DNA of 64,000 nt from Felis catus (taxonomy: Eukaryota): the NCBI RefSeq assembly GCF_018350175.1, contig NC_058368.1, forward strand, positions 184,452,001 through 184,516,000. Direction: 5' to 3'. How positions within the stretch are numbered: the stretch's first letter is position 1; every line of letters starts with the position of its first letter. The translations under genes were made by a program, and so were the position numbers. A model generated the notes under the pieces. It was given only the letters and a program-made list of their open reading frames with translations, was not told the origin of the DNA and searched no databases. Of this stretch, positions 12,396 to 25,463 are shown piece after piece.

Positions 12396-12581
12396 CATAA
12401 CATGCTTGCCTTTAATCACTTTTATGCCATCTTGTTTATGATTCTAATTTAAGCTTTTTTTTCAATTAATATTACTATAATAGATTTCCAACTAGTCTAC
12501 ATTTTCCATTCCTTCTACTGCTCACCACCTGGTCTGATGTCCCTATATTTGCTTCCCGAAGCACTGTTTCACCATGCCTAC

Positions 12582-12888
12582 ACCAATGGTTCTTAATATT
12601 GATGATTTCAGGATGAGTGAACACTTGCCACATGTAAGCGTGGGGAGGGTGGTGGCTAGCTGTTATTTGGCTGAAACCAACCAATGGTTAGCCGACAGAC
12701 AATAATGTGGACACAATGTTGCCCATTTTTAAAAAGAACCCAGAAATCTAGATTTTTATATGAAATCTACTAATTATAAAATCTCATCAAATTATTTTTT
12801 AAAACTGAACACCCTACTTGGATCAAATAAAACACATCTTTGAGACTATTATATCCCATGAAGTAGATGAGTGCTTGAAATCTCTACT
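12582..12888. mobile_element. Old hAT-Charlie non-autonomous element (MER102-like); a similar fragment lies at ~14170-14440
   Basis: Motif ccagaaatctagatttttatatgaaatc resembles MER102; boundaries approximate. Confidence 0.45.
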
Positions 12889-13478
12889 GTATGGCTTCTA
12901 GTACATTCCCCAAAACCCAGAATTTTCACTGTGTCATCTGAGTGGCATCAGCATAAATCCAGCAGAAGACTACAACTATCCAACTATCATAGATTGGCAA
13001 ATTAGTTCAACCTACTCATTTACATGCATGTAAACTGAAATCTAAATAATTGAAATACCTTTTCCCAAGGACAGATGGAAAACTGGTAACAAAATTGAAA
13101 CAAGAATCCAAGTCTCACCCTCCCAAGTAAAATTTCTGTACCTTCTAGCTTTCCCCATCAGTTTTCCAGTATGTCTGATTGATAGAAAAATTCCATGCTT
13201 TCAAATTGCAAACATACAATTCTCATTTATGGAGCTACCATTCCTAGGATCATTCTGTACATTATTCATCTTGTTCATTTACATAAAATTCACCATGGAA
13301 TATTAAATTATACATAAATTATAATAAAAATGTCATTCATGATATACATCCACTATATATACACACACACGTGTGTGTGTGTGTGATGTGAAGTTTATCT
13401 TATTTTATACACACATACACATGCACACACACAAAATGAGGCTTTTAACAATGTGAGTTTTCCTCATAAATTCTTTAC

Positions 13479-13707
13479 CTCTGTGTACACATAGGGCAAT
13501 ACCATCATTACATTCTCCATTACTATGAAAAACATCCTGCCCCTTCCTAAGTTCTTTGCCTTTTGGGCCCTATTTGAATCACAGTGGAAAAATGCTAATT
13601 CTGACAGCTCAGTAAAAGTACTTGGATAAGTCAAAATGGATCCATTCTTTCAGATGCCTTATCATTTTTAACCAGTGTTTTGAATGTGATTTCTCAAGTA
13701 CAGACTG
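13479..13707 (-). pseudogene. Fossil exon candidate (229 nt, phase 2-0)
   Basis: Acceptor ctatgtttttcatag|, donor GAG|gtaaag; SLYLRNHIQNTG*K**GI*KNGSILTYPSTFTELSELAFFHCDSNRAQKAKNLGRGRMFFIVMENVMMVLPYVYTE. Confidence 0.5.
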
Positions 13708-14514
13708 CTATGAAAAACATAGCTAGTTGATGGTTACCCAAAAAAAATGGAGGAAAAAGTAGAATGGCAACATGAAATTATCTTTATTTTTTTTTGTAAC
13801 AAGTGTTGCTGCATTCAGTATTTTTGAAGCCACAGTTATTCAACCACTATAGGAGAAAAGGTACACATGGGTCCTTTTTATAGTATTGCTTAGCAAAAAC
13901 AAAATCTATGAATAGTATAAATTAAGATTAATATCTCTGGGAACATTCAATTTACTTGAAACATTTGTAATCTCATTAAATCATATGAATGTGCTCAGAT
14001 GTAGGGGACCCAGAAACTGTATTCCATTTCTTCTCCTTCTTCTCCTTGTAGCAAGTGCTAAATCGGAGGATGAAAAATAGGAATCTACACGTCAAGTCTG
14101 GTTTATACACATTGTTGCATGTCATATATACTTTTCTATTATTATCACTATTACTATTGTTGAGATTATTCTTGAAATTATTAAGTTGTCCACTTTGAAA
14201 AATCAGATGTTATATATGCACTGGATTCTGACTTCTCTTAAATAACTGAAAAATCTGGAACATAACCAAACCTGTCATCCATGTCCCTTTACATGGAATG
14301 CACACTTCCACTTCAACACAGTCCTCACCTTTTTTTGTCTTCGACATTGAGCCCAATTAGTAATTGCCTTATATCCAAACCTCATCACTCATTTACTTTA
14401 CTTATGAAACGTTGGTAAGGATTCATAGTTGTGAACTTTTGTTTTAATGAGTGTTACGCTTTAACAAAAAGACAGTAATTTAGGTGTGTATATACAACTC
14501 TAAAACAATCAGTG

Positions 14515-14771
14515 ATTTTTTTAATGTTTATTTATTTATTTTGAGAGAGAGAGAGAGAGAGTACACATGTGCATAAGCAGGAAAGGGGAAGAAGGAGAGA
14601 GCAGGAGGGGGAAGAGAGACAAAGACAGAGACAGAAACAGAGACAGAGAATCTCAAACAAACCACAATCAGTGCGGAGCCTGACGTGGAGCTAGATCTCA
14701 TGACCAAGAGTTCATGACCTAAGCGAAATCAAGAGTCAAGACGGTTAACTGACAGAGCCACCCAGGTGCCC
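14515..14771 (-). mobile_element. Older CAN-SINE
   Basis: Diverged SINE ending gagccacccaggtgccc, with GA-rich linker. Confidence 0.9.
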
Positions 14772-14953
14772 GGCAGTTATTTCAATATATAAAAATAAGA
14801 GTTCACACCAAATTAAGCATTCATTTAAACACATTTCCCAACCAATTCATTCTAAGTGGTAAACTTAAGTGATGATTCTCCATGGATTTCTTGCATCTCT
14901 GCACATATCATTGCCCTTTCATTCTAGACAATCACATTTAAAACATTTGTATA

Positions 14954-15183
14954 GGGGCGCCTGGGTGGCGCAGTCGGTTGAGTGTCCGACTTCAGCCAGG
15001 TCACGATCTCGCGGTCCGTGAGTTCGAGCCCCGCGTCAGGCTCTGGGCTGATGGCTCAGAGCCTGGAGCCTGTTTCCGATTCTGTGTCTCCCTCTCTCTC
15101 TGCCCCTCCCCCGTTCATGCTTTGTCTCTCTCTGTCCCAAAAATAAATAAACGTTGAAAAAAAATTAAAAAAAAATAAAAAAT
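14954..15183 (+). mobile_element. Young CAN-SINE
   Basis: TSD aaaacatttgtata at 14940 and 15184. Confidence 0.97.
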
Positions 15184-15315
15184 AAAACATTTGTATAGTG
15201 AACAACTTGTGAAGATAGAATATCTTCATCCAGAGCAAAGGACAGTTAGGTTTAATGCCTATTATAAATGATGTGGGTTCCCTCAGCTCAGAGTGTGTCT
15301 TGTAAAACAACTCAC

Positions 15316-15404
15316 TCTGTGCAGACATCAATTTGTGACTATTTATTTTGCTCCTGCCTGTCTTCTGCAAACATCCATGGAACTGTTGCAGGCTAACTTG
15401 TTAT
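15316..15404 (-). pseudogene. Fossil exon candidate (89 nt, phase 0-2; may extend further, see findings)
   Basis: Acceptor ttcctttatttataag|, donor AGA|gtgagt; the phase 2 end matches the start of the 13707 block. Confidence 0.35.
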
Positions 15405-15669
15405 CTTATAAATAAAGGAAAATCTCAGACCCTTCACAGCTCTTGACAAATTACCCCATTCACTAATTTTTTTTATGAATTAACTAAACTTAAAGTTTAA
15501 TCTAAATCATATGATTTCAAATGTGTTCATTACTCTTATCTTCATATAAGGAAAAGAATTATAAATCTCCTACACAAGTGTCAGAATATTCTGGGTGAAA
15601 TATTCATGATCAGAATACTGATACCGCAGAGGTGATATGCTATGGTAACAATAAACACAGGTTTTCCAA

Positions 15670-15800
15670 ACTAATGGATCATATTTTAAATCATGGTTCC
15701 CCCACCTATTAGCTGTGTGAACTTTACACTGTTGCTTCCATTTCTTAAGCCTTAACTTCCTCATGTATGAAGTTGGGCAATAATTCCAGTCATAATGTAG
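15670..15800 (+). mobile_element. MIR fragment
   Basis: cctattagctgtgtga...aagccttaacttcctcatgtatgaagttggg. Confidence 0.6.
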
Positions 15801-15939
15801 TTTTAAGTATTCAATTCAATATTTGTAAGATATAGTAGAAAAAATATTTTGCAAAATTCATGTAGTAGGGTAAACTTGTTGACAAGTTGTTTCTTGCTAC
15901 TAACAATGCAGGTGGAAGGAACAAAATAGAATGTGCAAA

Positions 15940-15944
<5 letters not shown>

Positions 15945-15991
<47 letters not shown>

Positions 15992-16004
15992 TTCTCTTCT
16001 CTCC
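15945..16004. repeat. (CT)n microsatellite
   Basis: Direct inspection. Confidence 0.95.
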
Positions 16005-16437
16005 AATGTTCAGGAGAGTATTCAGGCCTGCATCTCCAAGTTCTAGGTCTTCCTTATCTCTAGAGGATATTTTTTAAGGTTATTTTTTAAAGGCAAAAAA
16101 GTTAAACCCTAACAGGCCTTTAAGCCCACTGGCAATGGAATGTTCATTTGGGGAAACAAAAGTGAAGGAATAGGGGCATCATTTCTGGAACCAGATACTG
16201 TGAACAGAGGAAAAAGCTGAACTGGACCAAAATGTATGTTCTTAAGGTAGCAGATGTAGCAAAGAGTTAAGTTTGGGGTAGAAATAAACAGGACTATGTA
16301 GTCTTGGCACCTTGTTGAAGGCCCTCTGGCAGAGTTGAAGTGGTTCACCAGTGGAAAAGTCTGCCCTTAAATGACCATGTTGGCCAAGGGAGAAAAAAGT
16401 TGCCAAAGTTTCAAGTATGGATTTAAAAACAAAACCC

Positions 16438-16676
16438 GGGGCGCCTGGGTGGTGCAGTCGGTTAAGCGTCCGACTTCAGCCAGGTCACGATCTCGCGGTC
16501 CGGGAGTTCGAGCCCCGCGTCAGGCTCTGGGCTGATGGCTCAGAGCCTGGAGCCTGTTTCTGATTCTGTGCCTCCCTCTCTCTCTGCCCCTCCCCCGTTC
16601 ATGCTCTGTCTCTCTCTGTCCCAAAAAAAAAATAAATAAACATTGAAAAAAAAATTTTTTTAATAAAAAAATAAAA
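16438..16676 (+). mobile_element. Young CAN-SINE
   Basis: TSD taaaaacaaaaccc at 16424 and 16677. Confidence 0.97.
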
Positions 16677-19242
16677 TAAAAACAAAACCCTTCCTAATTT
16701 CATGCACTATACAGGAAGAAAAAAGATTACCTATTGAAAATGGCTGATATAGGACCTCTAGCCAATTTTGGAAGTAGGACCATCAACTTAGATTTATTGT
16801 GACTTAGAAAAATACTTTATCTTGGTGTTTATTTTATCAAGATCATCATAGAGAAATTTAAATTTGTTTGGCAAAGTGCCTAGAAAATATCATGTGCTCA
16901 ATAAACTGGAGCTTTTATTATTAGTATTTTTATCCTAATCAGTATAGGCCATTCTTATTCAAAGATCTAAATTCTGTGACACATTTGTTTTTTTTTTTTC
17001 CTCAAACACTTGGAATTTTAAATGTTGTAGGAGATCATCAAGACCAACCTTTTATGCAAGGTAACAACTATTTGTATAACTTCTCTGACAGATGCTTATA
17101 TGACCTCTGTTGGAATATATTCATTGACAGGTTTTTCATAGGGTTTTGTTTTGTTTTAGGTATTCTTTGTTCTCATCCACCTGTTTTTAAAAATATAGAA
17201 TATTTCAGAAGGGAAGAATATCAATGTCCCAGATAAAGATCATTTTCATGCCTATACTTTGTCCTAAAATATACTGAATAGTGTGTCTACAAAACAAGAA
17301 ATATATAGGAACAATTAATTTTAGTTCACTCAAATTGATATGTATATTGAATCAAAAGTGTAGGTAAACTTGTTCTTATTATTAATGTTCCATATCCACA
17401 TATGAGTTTTTAAATGCACAAAACTTGGGATTCTCTATAAATGTTATACTGACTATAAAATGTTTTGTAAATCTCAAGTATTATATAATGGAGTAGAATA
17501 AAACATCATTGTAGAATAAAAAGTCATTGTATCTGACAGATCATCCTTAATATAAAGTAATACAAATCTCAGTAATAATTGAGGAAAAGACCAAAGAGGA
17601 ACAAAACCATCTAATTTAAAATTTATAAATTAGCCCCCCCAAAGTGTTCTGGGACTTGAATCTAATTCAAATGGAATTTGGCGCAAGACTTGAGGATAAT
17701 ACACAGGCCTGTTGGATATGAAGTACTGTGGAGGATGAAAGTTCACCTCCTGGAGGTCTTGGTGACAGATCCTATCTACCCAATACCAAATGGTAAAAGA
17801 AGTCATGTTTAAAACTGAGGGAAACAGAAATCACTCACACTACATTAACTTAATTCGCATATGCTCTGCTGAAACCTTGTGAAGTCATTCTATTGGGGAC
17901 AGGCTTAAATTATAGGTGGTATATTTTCTGTACAATGAATCTGAGTTATTAAAAGCACTAGCTAATCCTACCAGCCATGTATTGTTAGTTAAATGGTGAA
18001 ACTCATTCTATTTTCCCACAGAAAATTTTCAAGCAATTTCAACCAAATGAAGTTATCTCAATCCACTGCATTTTTTTTTTTTGGAGTATCTATTTTTACT
18101 CTTGCTGAAGCATTATGGGTCATGCACAGATGAGTAAGTTTGGCTCATCCTTTCCTCACCTTTAAAGAGTTTTAATCTCCTTAGGTAGAAACTAGAGGGA
18201 CTTTTGATAGGGACACAAAATACTTACATTAGAAGGCATAATATGGAAAGGACCATTATCTAAGAAAATATGGGTTTCTCTAGAACAAAACCTTGGTCTT
18301 ATGTACCAATGTATTCTCCAAGCATAAGGTCCATGTGTCTGTTGAATGAAGAATTTTTAATTTAAAACTGGAAAAAAGAAAGATTGATCAAAACTGGGTA
18401 CAGTATAAAAAAAAAAACAGAGGAAATATCTCTAAGTGTGACTGAGGGAAAAAATCACACAGTAAGCATTTGGGCTGGGTTTTGGAAGAATAAAGATTTG
18501 ACAAGTTGTTCTTGAGGGAGAGGGTACTTAGGAAAAGGAATTCTGCACGAGCAAATTCCTGTAATGTGGGGAAGAACAACACTAAATGCAAGGAAGAGCA
18601 GGGAGCATCTTGGACTGCAAAAGTTCAGAATGAGCTGGAGAGGTAGCTCTCAGAGGTCTTGTGTGGAGATTTCACCTGACAGAGGCTCAGGTAGTAAGCA
18701 TATACCTTGTTTTTGTTTTCATTTTTGTCTGACCTGCATTCATTTACCTTATTATAATGAGAGTGTTCTAGTCTGATATGCCTGGCAATACCATCTTTCC
18801 CCTGTTTAAAATTTTTGAGGCATAATTTAAATTCAGTAGCACACCAATTTGTAAGACAGAAAATTGTTATACGTGTATGAATAAATGTGTAATTGCCAAC
18901 CACATCAATGTCTAGAACCTCTGTAAACCTTATACTCTCTGCCTATTAGTACTACAACAAAAGAGATTATGTTCACCTTTATTTCCATATACAATTTTTG
19001 TCCATTTTGAGTATCATGTAAGTATAAACTTGAATCTTCAACTCAACCTATGAATTTCATCCATGCTGCTGTATGTAGCAGTACACTATTCTTTTTTTTT
19101 TTTTTTTTCCAGAGGGGTGGGGTATAGTATTCCATTACATAAATACACAACTTATGAATCCATGCCACAATTGGTGACCATTTTGGTGCTTTTCAATTTG
19201 GACAAATCAAGTTAAATTTTTGTTAGGACTAAAATCTTCAGA

Positions 19243-19372
19243 CAGAGCGACCATATGTACCAGTTTACTTAACTCCCACTGTATGCCTGTTTTTCTGGCA
19301 TAATTATTAACTGTGTCCCCCTTCCATTTTAGCTTTAAAAATGACATGGTTTATATGATAAGTTATATGCTA
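19243..19372. mobile_element. MER94-like hAT-Blackjack element
   Basis: agagcgaccatatg...ataagttatatg; a second similar copy lies at 54364-54503. Confidence 0.55.
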
Positions 19373-19494
19373 AATCAATGTAAAAATCAGATTGTACAGT
19401 TTATAAATACATTATTTTCTGAAATGAAAGACCAAGAATAACCACCACTTACTATCATAGCAGTTGACTGGATCTGTAAAATAAAATTTAATTA

Positions 19495-19605
19495 GGGGCA
19501 TCTGGGTGGCTCAGTCAGTTAAGGATCTGACTTCAACTCAGGTCATAACTCTGATCTCTCTCTCCCAAAGAAAAATAATCATTAAAAACAATTTTAAAAA
19601 AATAG
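19495..19605 (+). mobile_element. Internally deleted CAN-SINE
   Basis: tRNA-like head joined directly to (CT)n and A tail. Confidence 0.85.
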
Positions 19606-20159
19606 AAATTCTGGGGGGAATTCACATTTTTAGTTTTCTTGCTCTGTGGCCTATTCATTTCACAAATATACACTCCAAGCCCAAGAGAACAGAACCCACA
19701 TCACAACATTTCACTGAAATCATCAGCAACATCTACATATTTGCTTTTTTCTTTTTCTTTATAAAGTTCTATTTACTTTGAAACACTTCACAACTAGACT
19801 TGATTTGGCTATTTTCCTTTTATTCAGTGTATTTATTATTGATGCTGTTTTAAATTATTGATTGTGCTATTTATTTGGTATTCCCAAGACTTTTAAATAA
19901 AAGGATTTTCCCCTAAGTAACTCACACTTAACTCTGTCTCCATCTCCCCTCTAAGCACTACTTTAATCAATTATTTCTACATACATTATGTATTTCATTT
20001 ATCACCAATGAACTGTATACTGAGATACCTGTTTTTATTTTTTTCTTGAATATATTATATATCCTGGATTCCATACTTAAGTGTTATTGATTTTTATTGT
20101 TATACAGGAATGTCACAGATATAATTTGTTGCCATTAAAATCGTATTACTAAGGATTAC

Positions 20160-20378
20160 TTTTCAATCAGTTTGTGAAATTTAGCCTATACACACTAGAA
20201 GGCATGAAAAATTGGCAAATGGTAAAAGCTTGATGGTCTTCCTTAACAAGGTGTTAGTGTGCATTCATAGCAAGGTATTAAATGGATTTAGTGCTTCAAA
20301 GAGGTGTGCAAAAGAAGCCACAGATAAAAGCAGGAAGACCAGTTAGACATAAAATTTTGAATGATACCTTCCTGTCTT
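20160..20378 (-). pseudogene. Fossil exon candidate (219 nt)
   Basis: Strong acceptor tttttttctttcatcag|, weaker donor AAA|gtaatc; all frames carry several stops. Confidence 0.3.
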
Positions 20379-20552
20379 CTGATGAAAGAAAAAAAAAATT
20401 TGTATATGTCTCTTAAACCAATAATAGAAAGGAAAAGCTGCTTTCCAAATTTAAATCACTCCTTGAATTTGTAGTAGTCCAGTAGGAAAATTGGCGGTAA
20501 GACTTGCAAAAGTAACAACAAAGAAAACTTCCTGATCTCTGTTACTGCTGAA

Positions 20553-20626
20553 GGCTAAGAGCCTGGAGCCTGCTTCAGATTCTGTCTCCCTCTCTTTCTG
20601 CCCCTCCCCCATTAGCACGCTTTTCC

Positions 20627-20668
<42 letters not shown>

Positions 20669-20697
20669 AATAAGTAAACATTAAAAAAATTAAAAGA
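20553..20697 (+). mobile_element. CAN-SINE 3' half
   Basis: gagcctggagcctgcttcagattctg, (CT)n, A tail. Confidence 0.9.
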
Positions 20698-20918
20698 GGG
20701 GCGCCTGGGTGGCGCAGTCGGTTAAGCGTCCGACTTCAGCCAGGTCACGATCTCGCGGTCCGTGAGTTCGAGCCCCGCATCAGGCTCTGGGCTGATGGCT
20801 CAGAGCCTGGAGCCTGTTTCCGATTCTGTGTCTCCCTCTCTCTCTGCCCCTCCCCCGTTCATGCTCTGTCTCTCTCTGTCTCAAAAATAAATAAAAACGT
20901 TGGAAAACAAAATTAAAA
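20698..20918 (+). mobile_element. Young CAN-SINE inserted in the tail of the previous SINE
   Basis: TSD aaaaaaattaaaaga at 20683 and 20919. Confidence 0.95.
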
Positions 20919-21087
20919 AAAAAAATTAAAAGAAAACCAACACTATCTAATAGTGTCTGTTTATATATTTATTACAGAATTATTTTGAGATCATTTTTCT
21001 TTATTGTTTGCTGTTGTTTCTCCTCTTTTCTATCTTGCAATAAGAGTAACCTTACAGCATCTCAAACTTCAAAAAATACAAACATAC

Positions 21088-21431
21088 AATTCGGTCACTG
21101 CCAGACTTCAGGGCATCTACAGATAAAATTATTCTTTCCTTGTGGGTTTTTATTAAATAAGCAGTGTGCCCATGTTCTGCATTTTGAATTTCATTGGTGT
21201 CATTTTATCCAATGTTCTTTTAAGTTAATCCAATTGATCAAGTTCTGACAATGGATCTTGAAAATGAATTGTGGCCTGCATCTTTAGGTACTCTGTCCAG
21301 GAAATTTTCATACTACCATGGTCAAAATGCTGAAATTTTACAGGACGCATTTGGAGTCTTCACTAAATTTAAATTTGTAGGCCCCATCTCTGCTTGACTT
21401 CAGTCAGTAACATTTCTAGACTTTTTAATGG
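21088..21431 (-). pseudogene. Fossil exon candidate with probable frameshift
   Basis: Acceptor ctgttttttaag|; PLKSLEMLLTEVKQRWGLQI*I**RLQMRPVKFQHFDHGSMKISWTEYLKMQATIHFQDPLSELDQLD*LKRTLDK... then a shifted frame AEHGHTAYLIKTHKERIILSVDALKSGSDRI|gtatgt. Confidence 0.4.
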
Positions 21432-21814
21432 CTTAAAAAACAGTGTAAGGTGTTTTTTCATAGGGAATATTCTGACATAAGGTAAGTAAATCAAACTCTA
21501 TCTCTCTTGAAAACATGTACACTATATAGATAGTCCTCATCCATGAATTCTTGTCCTTGGCCATTCAAACATGTCTTTGGGGCATTTTACAGCCCTCCTC
21601 TCATACTCTCTTTGGAAAAGATTCCAGTCATTCCTGATGTTAACTGATGTCATTAGTCAGAATCTTTTCCTGACCAACCTGTGACCAACCTAGATCTTTT
21701 TTTCCTCCAGTGACAATGACTTTTCTTCCTTTGAAAACATCAGGACAACTTCCTCCAAATGTACACAGTGTTTACTGGAAAGCACATATTTAACAACAAA
21801 CAATACTTAAAAGA

Positions 21815-22400
21815 GTGAGGAATAGAACTTTCATACACTGTCTGTGGGAATGTAAAACAGTAACCCAGCAAAACCATTTCTAAGTATAAATCCAAGAGAA
21901 ATAAAAACATGCATCCACCAAAATCATGTACTTGAGTGCATTATTTACAACACCCAAAAAAGTGGAAACAATCCAAATGTCCATTAACTGAGAATGAATA
22001 AATAAAATGTGGTCATATATTTGGCCATAAAGAGTAAATAAAGTATGGATACATGCTGTACCTGGAATGAAACTGGCAAATACTACACTAAGTGCAAGAA
22101 GCTGGTCACAACAGACAACATACTGTATGACTCCATTTATATGAAATATCCAGAGTAGGTAGATTTACAGAATCACAAAGTAGATTAGTGGTTCCCTAGG
22201 AAAGGGGGACTGAGAAGGGGTAGGAATGAGAAGTGACTGCTAATGGAAAGGGACTTTCTTTTTAGAGTGATGAAAATATCCTAAAATTGACTGTGGCAAT
22301 GGCTGTGCAAGTCAGTGAAGATACTTTGAATTGTATACTTTAAAAATGAGTGAACTATATGATAATTAAATCATATGTCAAGCTGCTACATTTTTAAAAA
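21815..22400 (+). mobile_element. Old L1 (L1MB/L1MC-type) 3' end
   Basis: caaatgtccattaactg...gactccatttatatgaaatatccag...ttgtatacttt. Confidence 0.8.
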
Positions 22401-23314
22401 AAGAGTATAATCATAGTATGAGATATATATGTACATATATACATACATATTCTATTACCTAAAATAACCAGCTTGAATATTTATTTATCCAACAAACATT
22501 AATCAAGTACATAGAAAAACCAGAGGAAATACTAAACATTAAATAATGGTAGAAATAATAAAGGAAATAATGAGATTTTAAAAAATGAAATAAATAAAAT
22601 CCAAGTAAATCTAGAGAGTAGAAAGAGATATGGTGGATCTTAGGTCAAATTTTTTTCTATATCAGTTAATAGCATGGTAACCTCAAACTGGACACTTAAC
22701 CTCCCTCAGCCAAAGGCCACCTGGCTCAGCTAATTCCCTTCAGCACAGCAAAAGCAGTTAGACTGTTCCAACCTGTCTTCCACTCTAGAACATTTGGGTA
22801 GTTTTTAATGTTTCTGACAATTATAGTTTTGAGACTAAAATAATAAAACTTTTAGAAATTAAATTTAACCCATTTCATTAGTCTATATATTTTTTAAATA
22901 TAAAAAGAGAGAATATATAAACATATTTGCCATGCCTGTATACACTACAGTAGAAAAAAAAGAGTGTCTATAGCAGAAGAAGATATAGTGCCAAATTCAC
23001 AAATTGCATTTCTAACTTTGTTCCTATCACTACTGTTTTAATTAAGATATTTTATTTCAGTCCTGATCAATAACAAATAATTCAAATTTGTTTTTTCCCA
23101 GGAGTGTTGAATTCAACAATTCTCTTTTTTTTTCTCTCTCTTATTTTTTTGATTTCAACCCACAAAGCAAACACACCAAGATAAACATTACTCTTCAGTT
23201 TGCAGGAAGCCATGCTCTGGAGTTTGACAGACCCAGCCCAAAGCCCAGGTCTGCCTTCCTGTCATTTGTCTTGTGACTCTGAAAAGTTACTTTACCTTAG
23301 TCAGTCTTGGTTTC

Positions 23315-23775
23315 AGTGGCAAATGCTGTAAGTTATCTTCTCAGTGTCTACTCTCCCCTTGTCCTTAGATATAAATGCCAATTCGTTTTGGGTATCAGTG
23401 TGCCTAATTAACACTCAACTTCAGCTTTAATCATTGAGAAATAAGAGGAAGTTTCTGTGTGGGACTTCCAAGAAAGCCTTCAAATAGGGGCAGAATCAGC
23501 CGGCATTCCATTTTGGTCCTCTGCTTTTCACCCTTCTCCTGTGTAGCTTATCTAGAATCTAGACACAATTCTTGGAGGAGCAGCAGCCCCACTGTGTATG
23601 AGGAAGCACATCACACACTAAGGATGGCAGGCAAAGCAGGAAGATGAAAGGATTTCTTACAACACGCAGCAAATGTACCAGCTCTGCACACATACTATAG
23701 ACTACATCTCACTTGCTTATGCTCTCCTGTTTTCTAGGCTTTCCAATGCTTGCAGAGGAGCACATAGATAATAAT
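23315..23775 (+). mobile_element. Old MaLR/ERVL-type LTR remnant
   Basis: Diverged MLT1J/K-like composition; by eye only. Confidence 0.4.
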
Positions 23776-24044
23776 TGTACCAATCCTTACGTTTTTTGAT
23801 TACCACAATGCTTAGCATATGGTAAGTACTAAAAACTATAGACGATTAACGTTATTAGCAGGGATTCTATTATAAACCTTAATTGATAGACATCTCTGAG
23901 ATACCTAATGTCTGAGGTAAGACATGAGTGGGACAGAGACATGTAATATATGAACCAAACACACAGATATATATTTTAAAATCTGACTGGTTTCTAGTTA
24001 CACCTTCATTCAGCTAGGGAAGGCTTCTATAGTATACACTTAAC

Positions 24045-24165
24045 CTTGGAGGTACTGCCATTTTCCCATGGTTGCAAAGAAGTCAATAAGTAATTGATAA
24101 ATTTTCTGTCACTGTGAGCAATTAATAGGAGTTACACAGCATCAGTTACATCAATTTTCCTGTAT
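24045..24165 (-). pseudogene. Fossil exon candidate (121 nt, phase 2-0); a second strong acceptor lies upstream at 24402
   Basis: Acceptor ttttttgctcctcag|, donor AAG|gttaag; (R)YRKIDVTDAV*LLLIAHSDRKFINYLLTSLQPWENGSTSK. Confidence 0.5.
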
Positions 24166-24744
24166 CTGAGGAGCAAAAAATTGATTTCACAAACTTACTG
24201 GTGCATATTGATTCAATGCCTATCCCTAGGCCATTTCTATTTAACGCTTTTGTGCAGCCATTGAAAAAAGGCTCAGGACTGTCAAATAAAATCTAGTTCT
24301 GTGGAGTTTTTATCTATTACTCTGCTTTGCAAGTATATTTGGTATCAGTAATGCTTTCAAGCTGAGGGATGTGGATATTCTCTCTTTTAAATATTTTCAC
24401 ATCTTGAAAATAAAATAGGAAATAGCAAAAAAAAGTATTCATTTAAATCTGAACTCTCAAGTGACACATTCACAAAGGTATTAGAGTTTATGTTTTTTGG
24501 AAAATAATAGAATTTGTGGGTTTTAAGCCTCTCCTTTTGGTTTCAATAAGTGTGTTGAGATAAAGGAATACAAGTACATTTCCAACACTATTTTGGGGGT
24601 ACTATACTTCTTCATCTTCCCAAGGAGACTTAGAATGACATCCTAAGAGAAGGAAGGTATGCAAACATATATCTAAATATATGTTAGATTCTGTAATAAT
24701 AGATGCTAAAGATAGTCTGGAATTTTCTGTATTCAAATATTTCC

Positions 24745-25250
24745 CTGTGGAAGAAGTTTCCATTCTGTGTTAGGTATATTCTTGGGGACAATTGTGTGAA
24801 CAAGACAGACAGAATTCCTGCCTTCACACAGCTTATGTTCAAGAAAAGTACAGATAGATGGAGAGGGGAAAGATGGAAAAAAATAAGTAAACAATATAAC
24901 TTCAAATAGTGTTAATGCTGTGAGGAAAGGCAATGAAATCTAGCAATGGAAGAGAGAATAAGTGGTGGGAATTTTATATCTAAATAGAGTAGTAAAAAAA
25001 AAAAAGTCTTTTTTCAAAGGAGGATCTATTTGAGCTAAAACCTGAATGACTAGGACTGAGCTATAGAAGAAGTGGATGTAGAACATTCTAGAAAGACTAG
25101 CTTGTCCAAAGGCCTTAAGGAAGGAAAAAATTTGTGTTGTTCAGGACTGGGCAGAAAAGCTAATGGCTAAACGAGCAAGGGGTGAATGGTAGAGGGTAAA
25201 ATGAGAGTTATCAATAGATGTCAGATGACGAAAATCTTCATACTTAGAGA
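24745..25250 (-). mobile_element. L2 fragment
   Basis: gtgaacaagacagac...cctgccttcacacagctta and tttgagctaaaacctgaatga motifs. Confidence 0.75.
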
Positions 25251-25463
25251 CGGTGATAAACACATGTCAATTATGTGATGTAGTTGCCACTACAGGGTAC
25301 CAGGCACAGGAGTTACTGGACCTGACTCATATTTTGCTTTAATTCTAATGGCTTCATTAATCCTTTATTTCATAGGAACCATTTAAGATTACTTACAAAT
25401 ATAAAGGATATAATTGCTTGTTAATTCTCTCAAAATTCAAAAGCTGTTAACCTTTTTTGTAAA

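Noticed and set aside
13361..13380. Perfect 20-bp palindrome acacacacacgtgtgtgtgt
   Set aside because: Ordinary abutting (CA)n/(TG)n microsatellites.
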